DNA of 48,175 nt from contig DATJOY010000066.1 in the NCBI GenBank assembly GCA_035506695.1, forward strand, positions 1 to 48,175, in the 5' to 3' direction. The position numbers and the translations under genes were made by a program. Each line of letters opens with the position of its first letter. Positions within the stretch are counted from its first letter, which is position 1. The notes under the pieces were generated by a model. It was not told the DNA's origin. It was given only the letters and a program-made list of their open reading frames with translations, and searched no databases. Below are positions 1 to 8,601 of the stretch, in pieces. The DNA comes from Dissulfurispiraceae bacterium. GTDB lineage: Bacteria; Nitrospirota; Thermodesulfovibrionia; Thermodesulfovibrionales; Dissulfurispiraceae.

Positions 1-501
1 TCCGTTTACCCTGAGATTCCCGGCACTGTTTTCAGTTTCAACGTATCCTTTGTAGACAGACACTTCGGTGACCTGGTCCGTAATGTCTATCCTGAAAATT
101 GCCTGACCGAACGCGCGTGTGGATGCGTCACGGGTGTCGACCTGAAGAGCATTGCCGCCGGCCGGATCGTAATATACATAAGCATGTCCCTGTGAGACAT
201 AAAATTGGGAGGTCTCATTATTCATAGACAATATCTGGAGTGCCGACCCCTGATCGAGCCTTATATACGTTCCTGAATTCAGCTGCAGTTCAACTTTCCC
301 GCCTTCGGGGACCCATACCTGGTCGCCCTCAGCAAGCGGTCCGTTTATCGAAGCCGGTCCCCAATCTCCGGCATCGGTTGTATACACCTGAACATCTCCC
401 TCCATCAAACTCATTCGCGCATATCCGAGATTATCGGAGAAAGCATAAACCGGCGTCAGCAATAAAACGGCTGCAATCAACATGGCACTAACATGTTTCA
501 T
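1..501 (-). CDS. FecR-domain-like secreted protein, N-terminal 167 codons (gene continues past the left edge)
   Basis: Absent from the ORF track because it is open at the window edge. My reverse-strand translation from ATG 499-501 (GGGAGGA Shine-Dalgarno (SD) at about 505-511) gives MKHVSAMLIAAVLLLTPVYAFSDNLGYARMSLMEGDVQVYTTDAGDWGPASINGPLAEGDQVWVPEGGKVELQLNSGTYIRLDQGSALQI... This is a signal peptide followed by the G.V.V...W..A..N..L..GD.V......V.L.L..G..I.L pattern typical of FecR domains. There is no stop in this frame down to base 1. Confidence 0.55.
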   Translation of the reverse strand, partial: MKHVSAMLIAAVLLLTPVYAFSDNLGYARMSLMEGDVQVYTTDAGDWGPASINGPLAEGDQVWVPEGGKVELQLNSGTYIRLDQGSALQILSMNNETSQFYVSQGHAYVYYDPAGGNALQVDTRDASTRAFGQAIFRIDITDQVTEVSVYKGYVETENSAGNLRVNG

Positions 502-737
502 ATGATCCTCCCTGAAGGACTTATATTGCTTGCATCAATGGGCGGAGGCAACTCTATCTGTCGCCGCACCATGAATTTTCATATTCCAATCATACTAAAT
601 AATCATGAAGCAGCAGCGAACGAATAGTAAATAACTATGAATGTAGCACATGAGCAATTTAAATTGGTCCGCTGTCGTGTTTAAGTTTGATCCGCCCTTC
701 CTGGACTTCAGCATCGGCTATTTTGTCTCTGAATTGA

Positions 738-1952
738 TCATTTATGTTCAAACGCCCTTATGCACTCAACTGTCTGCTGGGCTATTTCGAGTTCCTCGTT
801 GGTCGGGATAACCAGTACCCTGATTCTGGAGGAAACAGCCGACACCTCCCTTGTGACGCGCGATCCGGATTCATTTTTGTCAGCTTCCAACGTTATTCCA
901 AGGTTTTCCAGCCCGGAGCAGCATTGCCTGCGTATGGACTCTGAGTTTTCACCGATACCCCCTGTAAAGATAATCGCATCGACTTTGCCGAGGGCTGCGA
1001 AGTATGAACCGATATATTTTTTTATGCGGTAGCAGAACATATCGATCGCGAGATGGGCGTTGAGGTTTCCGCTTGCAGCAAGGCGCTGGACTTCCCGCAT
1101 ATCGTTGGTGCCGCAGATACCCTTCAGTCCGCTCTGCTTGTTCATCAGGGTGTCGAGCTGATCGTGCGTCATTCGGAGGGTCTTTCCAAGAAACGGAACA
1201 ATTGCCGGATCTATGTCTCCGCAGCGGGTCCCCATTACGAGTCCTTCAAGTGGAGTCATGCCCATCGAAGTATCTACACATTCGCCGTTTCGGATCGCGG
1301 ATATGCTTGAGCCATTACCAAGATGGATGGTTATCATACTGGTACTATCGAGCGGTTTGCCGAGGAACTTCGCACCCATCCTCGAAACATACCTGTGAGA
1401 AGTCCCGTGGAAACCGTAGCGTCGAATATGGTGTTCTTTATATAAGGCGTACGGAAGCGCATAATGATATGCATACGAGGGCATGGTCATACCGAAGGCG
1501 GTATCGAATACGGCAACTTGCGGGATGTCCGGCGTCATTTTGAGCATGAATTCTATGCCCATAAGGTTGGGTGGATTATGAAGAGGCCCCAGTGGAATCA
1601 TCTCGCGAATGACCTCGACTACCCTGCCGGTGATCAGGGTCGGCTTCCAAAAGGCTTCGCCGCCATGCAGCACACGGTGGCCTATGCCGTAAAGCTCCTT
1701 CATATCGCGAATAATGCCGAGCTTTGCCGTAACGTCAAACACTATCTTCAGCCCGTCGCTATGGTCAGCGAAAACGCCTTCCCCGATACCTTCCTGAGTT
1801 TCTCCCTGCTCATCCAGCCATTTGTACCTGAGACGTCCTGCCGGCTCGCCAATCTGTTCAACGATGCCGGAAGTGAGAACGGTCTTGTCCTCCATATTAA
1901 AAAGCTGATATTTAATAGATGAGCTGCCTGAATTCAGGACCAGAACTTTCAT
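738..1952 (-). CDS. ackA: Acetate kinase
   Basis: 404 aa. The N-terminus MKVLVLNSGSSSIKYQLF, the GFHGTSH motif and VIPTNEELEIA are textbook acetate kinase motifs. Confidence 0.97.
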   Translation of the reverse strand: MKVLVLNSGSSSIKYQLFNMEDKTVLTSGIVEQIGEPAGRLRYKWLDEQGETQEGIGEGVFADHSDGLKIVFDVTAKLGIIRDMKELYGIGHRVLHGGEAFWKPTLITGRVVEVIREMIPLGPLHNPPNLMGIEFMLKMTPDIPQVAVFDTAFGMTMPSYAYHYALPYALYKEHHIRRYGFHGTSHRYVSRMGAKFLGKPLDSTSMITIHLGNGSSISAIRNGECVDTSMGMTPLEGLVMGTRCGDIDPAIVPFLGKTLRMTHDQLDTLMNKQSGLKGICGTNDMREVQRLAASGNLNAHLAIDMFCYRIKKYIGSYFAALGKVDAIIFTGGIGENSESIRRQCCSGLENLGITLEADKNESGSRVTREVSAVSSRIRVLVIPTNEELEIAQQTVECIRAFEHK

Positions 1953-1954
1953 AA

Positions 1955-4063
1955 TCAGTTGCCTTTCCCGCTGTTGTCACCCTGCGCCTGTATTGCCGTG
2001 ATGGCCACTGTATTAAGGATATCGGCTACTGTGCATCCCCTGCTGAGGTCATTGACCGGTTTGTTCAGACCCTGGAGGATTGGGCCGATCGCAACAGCAT
2101 TAGCAGATCTTTGGACCGCCTTGTATGTGTTGTTGCCCGTGTTCAGGTCGGGAAATATAAAGACAGTTGCACTGCCGGCAACTTCGCTGTCCGGCAGTTT
2201 GATTTTTGCTACTGAAGCGTCTATGGCGGCATCGAATTGCAGCGGGCCTTCGATCTTGAAGTCGGGCCTCTTTTCTCTGGCGAGCCGGGTGGCCTCACGC
2301 ACCTTGTCCACATCTTTTCCCTTTCCCGACTCGCCGGTGGAATAAGAGAGCATTGCTACTTTTGGCTGTATGCCGAATGAGGCGGCAGTCTCGGCGGAGC
2401 TGACGGCTATGTCTGCAAGCTGTCTTTCATCAGGATTAGGATTGACGGCACAGTCGCCGAAAACCAGTACGCGGTCCGAAAGACACATGAGAAAAACGCT
2501 TGACACTATCGATGTGCCCGGTTTGGTCTTTATGAACTCGAGAGCGGGACGGATGGTGTGGGCAGTTGTATTTGCCGATCCCGACACCATACCGCCTGCA
2601 TGGCCTTTATACACCATCATGGTACCGAAATAGCTCGGGTCGGCCATTATATCGAAGGCCATTTCCCTGGTGATTCCCTTGTTCTTTCTGAGTTCGAAAT
2701 ATGTCTCCGCGTAGTCTTTGCGCAAATCAGAGGTTGAGGGATCGATTATATTTGCCTTCTCGAGTTTCAGGCCAAGTTCCGCAATCTTCCGTCTGATTGT
2801 TTCCTGGTTTCCTAAAATGGTTATCTCGACAACATCGCGCAGCAAGAGCAATTCACAGGCGTGGAGTATGCGCGGCTCTTCCCCCTCCGGCATTACAATA
2901 TGTTGCTTGTCGGCCTTTGCCCGGCGGATGAGGTCGTATTCGAACATAAGAGGGGTCACGCGGCTTGAACGGGTGACATTGAGGCTGTCCATGATTTCGA
3001 CGACGCTTACGCCCGCCTCGAATATGCCCAGGGCGGTTTCTATTTTACGTGTATTCTCTGGGCTGAGTGTACCGGTTACCGTGTTAAGTTTAACCGCAGT
3101 ATTGAAAGTGTCGGTATCAACCGTAAGTATTGGTACGGCATCGGAAGATGAAAAGCCGTCGATCAGTCTCTTAATCTGGGGAGAAGGCTTAATTCCTCCG
3201 GTAAGTATGATCCCGCCTATTCTCGGATAGGTTGTAGAAGCGTCCGCAAGTATGCTGCCGATTGTGATATCGTCACGGTCACCCGGCGTGATGACCATTG
3301 TCCCTTCGTTTATATGATCAAGGAAATTGGCAAGCCTCATGGCGGCGACTTTGTAATCGACCACGTCCCGCTTGAGACAATATGCCTGACCGCTGAGAAA
3401 TCTTGCTTCGAGCGCCTCCGCAATTTCGCATACCGTCGGTTTCCATAAGGCTTCATTGTCGGAGAGGACATAAACCGGTATTCCGGCCGGCACCACATTC
3501 CTCAGGCGCACGGGGGCGTCCACTGCGAGTTTGGGAGCGATCCTGTTGACGACGACGGAGAAGATATCGCAGTCCTTTTCATGCAGCGCATCGACCACTC
3601 CGGTCACTGCTTCGATGATTTTCAGCATAGACCGTTCGTGCCCTTTTACAACGGGCATCATCAAGCTGCCGAGATTGTTGGCCACGTCCACGTTGAATTC
3701 AAACTCAACAGGGGAAACGGCGCTCCTGAAATCCGAACCGGCGCACAGGACGAAGTCGCACTGTGCTTCGAGTGCCTTATATTTTTCGATGATCACTTTC
3801 AGCAGTTCGTCTCCGAGGTTTGACGAGATCAGCTCCTTGGCGGCGTCAAGTGTGCTCCCGTACATGGCCTCGTACGGAAAAGTCACGTTGTAACGGCTTT
3901 TAATGAGATGTATCATGGGGTCCGGGCCGACTGTCTCCTGGATGATGGGTTTGAAGAAGCCTACGCGATGGGCCTGATTCCAAAGAAGTTCCATCATGCC
4001 GAGAATGACGATTATTTTGTCCACCCTTGGTTCAGCACTTGCTATATAGATGCTCTTTGCCAT
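1955..4063 (-). CDS. pta: Phosphate acetyltransferase, long three-domain form
   Basis: The C-terminal PTA_PTB region (SGSANTTAHTIRPAL, GPILQGLNKPVNDLSRGC) follows an N-terminal CobQ/DRTGG-like region. I place the start at ATG 4061-4063 (MAKSIYIASAEP...), which is preceded by GAAGGAGGA. The ORF-track start at 4177 adds 38 unlikely residues. There is a 2-nt gap to ackA. Confidence 0.95.
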   Translation of the reverse strand: MAKSIYIASAEPRVDKIIVILGMMELLWNQAHRVGFFKPIIQETVGPDPMIHLIKSRYNVTFPYEAMYGSTLDAAKELISSNLGDELLKVIIEKYKALEAQCDFVLCAGSDFRSAVSPVEFEFNVDVANNLGSLMMPVVKGHERSMLKIIEAVTGVVDALHEKDCDIFSVVVNRIAPKLAVDAPVRLRNVVPAGIPVYVLSDNEALWKPTVCEIAEALEARFLSGQAYCLKRDVVDYKVAAMRLANFLDHINEGTMVITPGDRDDITIGSILADASTTYPRIGGIILTGGIKPSPQIKRLIDGFSSSDAVPILTVDTDTFNTAVKLNTVTGTLSPENTRKIETALGIFEAGVSVVEIMDSLNVTRSSRVTPLMFEYDLIRRAKADKQHIVMPEGEEPRILHACELLLLRDVVEITILGNQETIRRKIAELGLKLEKANIIDPSTSDLRKDYAETYFELRKNKGITREMAFDIMADPSYFGTMMVYKGHAGGMVSGSANTTAHTIRPALEFIKTKPGTSIVSSVFLMCLSDRVLVFGDCAVNPNPDERQLADIAVSSAETAASFGIQPKVAMLSYSTGESGKGKDVDKVREATRLAREKRPDFKIEGPLQFDAAIDASVAKIKLPDSEVAGSATVFIFPDLNTGNNTYKAVQRSANAVAIGPILQGLNKPVNDLSRGCTVADILNTVAITAIQAQGDNSGKGN

Positions 4064-4394
4064 GCCCGAATCCTCCTTCTTTGCCTGGTCCCTGAATGGG
4101 CGCAGGCTAAAAACTAACCGGGAGATATAAGATATTAAAATATAATTATAATTCATACGCGGCCAAGATTCCAGCACTTTCGGATGGTGCCTTAAAAAGT
4201 AGGAGTCGAGATGTCAGACAATTTCTACGTTACTATCGGTAACTACAGTAACTATTCTTCCCATTACAAAATCTTTATTTAATCTTAGGCGCCTGTCATA
4301 TCTATTTTGTTTACATTAAATATCAAATGGATAGATAGCTTATCATCCTGCTCTACGGATTGCCGGGCATCGGAATTGCAAACGTTACTCCGCC

Positions 4395-6317
4395 ATGATA
4401 ATTGAAGACGTGGTTGAATTCCTAAAACGTGTGCCGCCCTTTCAGTTTCTGGATGAACCCGCTTTGACGGAGCTTGCGGTTGGAATGTCTATGGAGTTTT
4501 TCCCGAAGGGAACGACAATTTTGCGGCAGGGCGGGCCTCCCAGCAAGTATTTGCATATCATTAAAAAAGGCGGGATAAAAGTTTTCAGGCGTGCAGCCAA
4601 TGGAGAAGAAACTATTATCGACTTCAGGGGGCAGGGAGATCTCTTCGGGTATCTTTCCCTTGTGGGCGGTGATAAGGCCCGCGCCTATGTCTTGGCCGTG
4701 GAAAACACGAGTTGCTATACGATAAAAAGAGACGCGGTCAGGCAGCTCCTTGACAGCAGCGAAACTGTAAGGGAGTATTTTCTAAAGTCTTTTCTCAACA
4801 TATATATCGACAAGACTTTCAAGGAAATGCACGGCAGGAACCCTTTTCTGTCAGGGGATGGGGACCGGCTTCTTTTTTCAACCTCGGTCGGAGAGGTTGC
4901 TGCAAAGAACGTGATGACAGCTCCCCAGGACGCCTCTATCAGAGAGGCCGCCACCGTTATGTGCGAAAACAAGATAAGCTCCCTGGTACTCGTCGACAAG
5001 GAACACAGACCTGTCGGAATAGTAACCGACCGGGACATGAGGGGAAAGGTCGTAGCGCGCGGCAGGGACGTTGCCGATCCGGTAAAGACCGTAATGAGTT
5101 ATCCGCTCCTCAGGATCGACTCGAAAGACTATTGTTTCGAAGCAATTCTGAAGATGATGAAGTATAACGTACATCATCTTATCGTCATCAAAGACGGTAT
5201 ACTCGCAGGAATTGTGTCACATCACGATTTCATGCTGATGCAGGGTACGTCTCCAATGCTGATCGCAAAGGACATCGAGGGTCAGCGGGACATTGAAGGT
5301 CTTGCGGATGTCGCCAAGCAGATCAACAATATAATCGACATACTTCTCAAACAGGGTGCCAGGGCGGGCAACATCACAAGTGTCATCACCGAGATCAATG
5401 ACAGGCTTGTCAGAAAGATTTTGAAAATCGCCACGAGAAAGTTCGGCAGTCCGCCAGTGCAGTACTGCTGGCTGGCCTTCGGCAGTGAAGGCCGCAAGGA
5501 GCAGACCTTCAAGACCGATCAGGACAATGCAATCGTCTATGCTGACAGTGCCACGACTTTTGAGGCGGAGGAGGCAAAAAAGTACTTTTCCTCCTTTGCC
5601 GTCTTTGTAAGGGACGGTCTCGTCGCATGCGGGTATCCATTCTGTCCCGATGCACATATGGCAAGCAACCCACAGTGGTGTAGGCCAATTTCCTCGTGGA
5701 AGAAATTTATCGCCAACTGGGTTGACAATCCCCAATCTGAAATGGGAGAAACCGGGCTGAAACCTGTTACATTTCTCGATTTTCGCGGGGTAGGGGGGGA
5801 TTTTTCTCTGGCAGACCAACTGAGGGAATCAATATCGGGAATGATCAGGGACCGGGGGACTTTCTTGGGCCATCTTGCCGGTATGGCTGTCAGGAACAGA
5901 CCGCCGATAGGCTTCCTGAAAACCGTTGTTATAGAAAAAACAGGAGAGCATTGTGACAGGCTTGATCTCAAAGTCAAAGGGCTTGCTCCGATCGTGGCTA
6001 TCGTGCGGCTTTATGCCCTGGAGGAAGCAGTGCGCGAAACATCCACTCTATCACGGATTGAGGCACTCAAGGAGCGACGGAGCGACATAGCGGAGTTCGG
6101 GGAGGAACTTGCCCACGCTTTTGAATTTATCATGCACCTGCGGATCCAGCATCAGTTTGGCCAGACAAGCAGGGGACAGGCCCCGGATAACATCATCAAC
6201 CCCGACATTCTTACAAACCTTCAGAAGAAAACGATTAAAGAGGCATTCAACCTGGTATCGAAACTTCAGGATGCGATAGCGGAGAGATACAAAACAATGA
6301 AATGGCAGCTGGCATGA
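4395..6317 (+). CDS. Multidomain signalling protein: cyclic-nucleotide-binding-like domain + CBS pair + DUF294 predicted nucleotidyltransferase + DUF294_C
   Basis: 640 aa. The N-terminus (FLKRVPPFQFLDEPALTELA...GDLFGYLSL) looks like a cNMP-binding beta-roll. A tandem CBS region follows (VMTAPQDASIREAATVM...VTDRDMR; VMSYPLLRI...VSHHDFM). A pol-beta-type NTase signature is present (AFGSEGRKEQTFKTDQDNAIVY, i.e. G-S...D-x-D), followed by a helical C-terminal region. Confidence 0.8.
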   Translation: MIIEDVVEFLKRVPPFQFLDEPALTELAVGMSMEFFPKGTTILRQGGPPSKYLHIIKKGGIKVFRRAANGEETIIDFRGQGDLFGYLSLVGGDKARAYVLAVENTSCYTIKRDAVRQLLDSSETVREYFLKSFLNIYIDKTFKEMHGRNPFLSGDGDRLLFSTSVGEVAAKNVMTAPQDASIREAATVMCENKISSLVLVDKEHRPVGIVTDRDMRGKVVARGRDVADPVKTVMSYPLLRIDSKDYCFEAILKMMKYNVHHLIVIKDGILAGIVSHHDFMLMQGTSPMLIAKDIEGQRDIEGLADVAKQINNIIDILLKQGARAGNITSVITEINDRLVRKILKIATRKFGSPPVQYCWLAFGSEGRKEQTFKTDQDNAIVYADSATTFEAEEAKKYFSSFAVFVRDGLVACGYPFCPDAHMASNPQWCRPISSWKKFIANWVDNPQSEMGETGLKPVTFLDFRGVGGDFSLADQLRESISGMIRDRGTFLGHLAGMAVRNRPPIGFLKTVVIEKTGEHCDRLDLKVKGLAPIVAIVRLYALEEAVRETSTLSRIEALKERRSDIAEFGEELAHAFEFIMHLRIQHQFGQTSRGQAPDNIINPDILTNLQKKTIKEAFNLVSKLQDAIAERYKTMKWQLA

Positions 6318-6970
6318 CCGATAAATCCAGGAAGCGGACCAATGATGATGAGATCGAACATGTTCATGTATCGCTTGCAAAGTATGTGGCCGTCGATATC
6401 GAACTTACGGGACTGGATGAACAGAGGGACTCCATAACAGCAATCGGTGCAATTAAAATGACCGGGGGGAGAATAGAGTTGGGAGAGACGTTTTACAGGA
6501 TGATGGACTCAGGGGGGGGCTCGATTCAAGGTGTCGATCTGAAGGGCAGCGTCGAGGCAGGGTGTTTTCTTAAGCCCGAAACATCGACGGCCTTGTCTGA
6601 GTTTCTTTCTCTTTGCGGCAACAGTATTATTGTCGGGCATCTTATCTTTACGGACCTTGCAATCCTTAAAAATGAGGTAAATCGGTCTTTGGGAATGGAG
6701 GTGAAGAATCACGCGTTAGACACTTACAAGTTGTATCACTGGCTTATGCGGCGCGAATCGTCGGGCTGGACCCATTCGTCCGAAGAGGTCAAGCTATACG
6801 AGGTTGCTGCCCATCTCGGTATCGCAGCACCGGGCGACCGCAATGCTGTAAATGATGCATTTGTTACCGCCCAGGTTTTTCAGAGGCTTCTGCCTCTGCT
6901 GATCAGCGAGGGAGTAAAAACAGTCGGAGAGTTGCTGCGCATTGGAGATCCCGACAAGGGGTTGAATTAA
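6314..6970 (+). CDS. DnaQ/RNase T-like (DEDD) 3'-5' exonuclease-domain protein, possibly catalytically atypical
   Basis: The Exo I motif is VAVDIELTGLD and the Exo II-like motif is IVGHLIFTDLAIL. The Exo III-like motif DRNAVNDAFVTAQVF lacks the usual His. The start is taken at ATG 6314, which makes an ATGA overlap with the upstream stop (6315-6317). An alternative ATG lies at 6302. Confidence 0.75.
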   Translation: MTDKSRKRTNDDEIEHVHVSLAKYVAVDIELTGLDEQRDSITAIGAIKMTGGRIELGETFYRMMDSGGGSIQGVDLKGSVEAGCFLKPETSTALSEFLSLCGNSIIVGHLIFTDLAILKNEVNRSLGMEVKNHALDTYKLYHWLMRRESSGWTHSSEEVKLYEVAAHLGIAAPGDRNAVNDAFVTAQVFQRLLPLLISEGVKTVGELLRIGDPDKGLN

Positions 6971-7164
6971 CCGCGTGGATATCACAGGCGTGCATGCTTA
7001 TTAATTCAAGTCGTAATTTAAGGAAAGGGGGATTGGAATAACAGAGCACTTCATGTGAAAAATGTTTCAGGATATCACGATAGATAGTGCATTGCAGTAC
7101 AGGCGGCCTGACAGTGGATTCTTGAAGACAGGCTTTGTAAAAAAACGAATGAGAAGGAGGAACA

Positions 7165-8469
7165 ATGGCAGAAGCAATTAATATCGAAAAGGTACCGGGT
7201 AAAGCATGGGTTGTTACTTTCGCGGGCATGGCTGTTAATCTCTGCCTGGGTATTTTGTATGCCTGGAGCGTATGGGCGAAGGCTCTTATTAACGTGAAAG
7301 ATGCGGGCCAGCCGATGACAGGGGTCAACGAGGGCTGGACCTATCTGACTAATGCAGAGGCAGCTACGCCATTTTCGCTCTGCGTTATTATATTCGCCTT
7401 ATTCATGATTCCCGGCGGCCGCATACAGGACAAATACGGTCCGAAGGTTGGTGCAACACTCGGCGGACTCTGTCTTGCAGCGGGGTGTATTCTTTCCGGA
7501 TTGATGAAAAGTTATACCGGCCTAATCCTGGGGTTTGGAATCCTGGGCGGTATCGGAATGGGCATCGGCTATGCAGCCCCCACTCCGGCTGCGCTCAAAT
7601 GGTTCGGACCTCATAAAAGAGGCTTGATTGCAGGCCTGGTTGTAGGTGGATACGGCGGTGCGGCCCTTTATATTTCACCGCTGGCACAAAAGCTGATTGA
7701 CGGTTATGGCCTGTCCGGCAGTTTTATCGGTTTGGGTGTATTCTTTGCGGTCGTTGTTGTTATAGCAGGTCAGCTTCTTGCCTGGCCGCCTACAGGATAT
7801 GTGCCTCCTGCTGCTGTACAAACGGCCGAATCCGCTGCTGCTGCTGCCAAGAAGCAGACAGCGCATAGCTGGTCTGCGGGCGAGATGACGAAGACCTGGC
7901 AGTTCTACGCACTCGTCATTCTCTTCATCGGCTCGACCCAGTCAGGCCTGATGATCATCGCCAACGCCGCCGGCATATTGGCAAAAGCAGCAAAAGACGT
8001 TCCTTATCTTGCAGCAAACGCATGGATACTGGCCTCGTTCGGAGGCGCGGTAAATGCATTGGGCAGGGTAGGCACCGGCATGTACTCCGATAAGATCGGA
8101 AGGGCCAATGCCTATACGGTCAACTGTATAATTTCTGCCCTCTGCTTATTTGCCATGCCGTCCATTATCGCATCGCAGAACATCGCGCTGCTGTTCCTGG
8201 CAGTCGGCATCGCTTACTGGCAGTACGGCGGCGGACTTGCATTGCTGCCTGCCTTCACAGCAGATTTCTTTGGTGCTAAGAACCTGGGCTTCAATTACGG
8301 CCTTGTGTTTCTTGGATGGGGCCTCGGCTTTTTCATGGCTAGACTTGCCGGGACCATTAAAGACGTAACGGGCAGTCTTGATTATGCTTTCTATCTTTCG
8401 GCGGCGGTGCTGATCGTTGCAGTTGTTTTGGTCAGGATCACTCAGAGGCCGAAGTGGTCTACTGCTTAG
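7165..8469 (+). CDS. MFS transporter, oxalate/formate-antiporter-like (OFA) subfamily; candidate monocarboxylate carrier
   Basis: 434 aa, about 12 hydrophobic segments. The N-terminal WVVTFAGMAVNLCLGILYAWSVW and GGRIQDKYGPK loop are typical of the OFA/MFS_1 family. The SD GAAGGAGGA lies upstream. Confidence 0.8.
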   Translation: MAEAINIEKVPGKAWVVTFAGMAVNLCLGILYAWSVWAKALINVKDAGQPMTGVNEGWTYLTNAEAATPFSLCVIIFALFMIPGGRIQDKYGPKVGATLGGLCLAAGCILSGLMKSYTGLILGFGILGGIGMGIGYAAPTPAALKWFGPHKRGLIAGLVVGGYGGAALYISPLAQKLIDGYGLSGSFIGLGVFFAVVVVIAGQLLAWPPTGYVPPAAVQTAESAAAAAKKQTAHSWSAGEMTKTWQFYALVILFIGSTQSGLMIIANAAGILAKAAKDVPYLAANAWILASFGGAVNALGRVGTGMYSDKIGRANAYTVNCIISALCLFAMPSIIASQNIALLFLAVGIAYWQYGGGLALLPAFTADFFGAKNLGFNYGLVFLGWGLGFFMARLAGTIKDVTGSLDYAFYLSAAVLIVAVVLVRITQRPKWSTA

Positions 8470-8601
8470 TTAAATAGTGTTGTGGCTGCGACAGCATAAT
8501 TAAAGAATGTCGGGAATGATTATTGGATAATTCTGAATCCAAAGCGGCATTTTGAATTTCTGGCTATAGCATCAACTAATAATACTAGGAGGAGAAGCTA
8601 A

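Noticed and set aside
240-491. 83-aa ORF on the + strand at the left edge
   Set aside because: It lies entirely antisense to the FecR-like gene, which has a good SD, a signal peptide and recognisable domain pattern. The + strand ORF is Pro/Arg-rich with no motif, so it is a shadow ORF.
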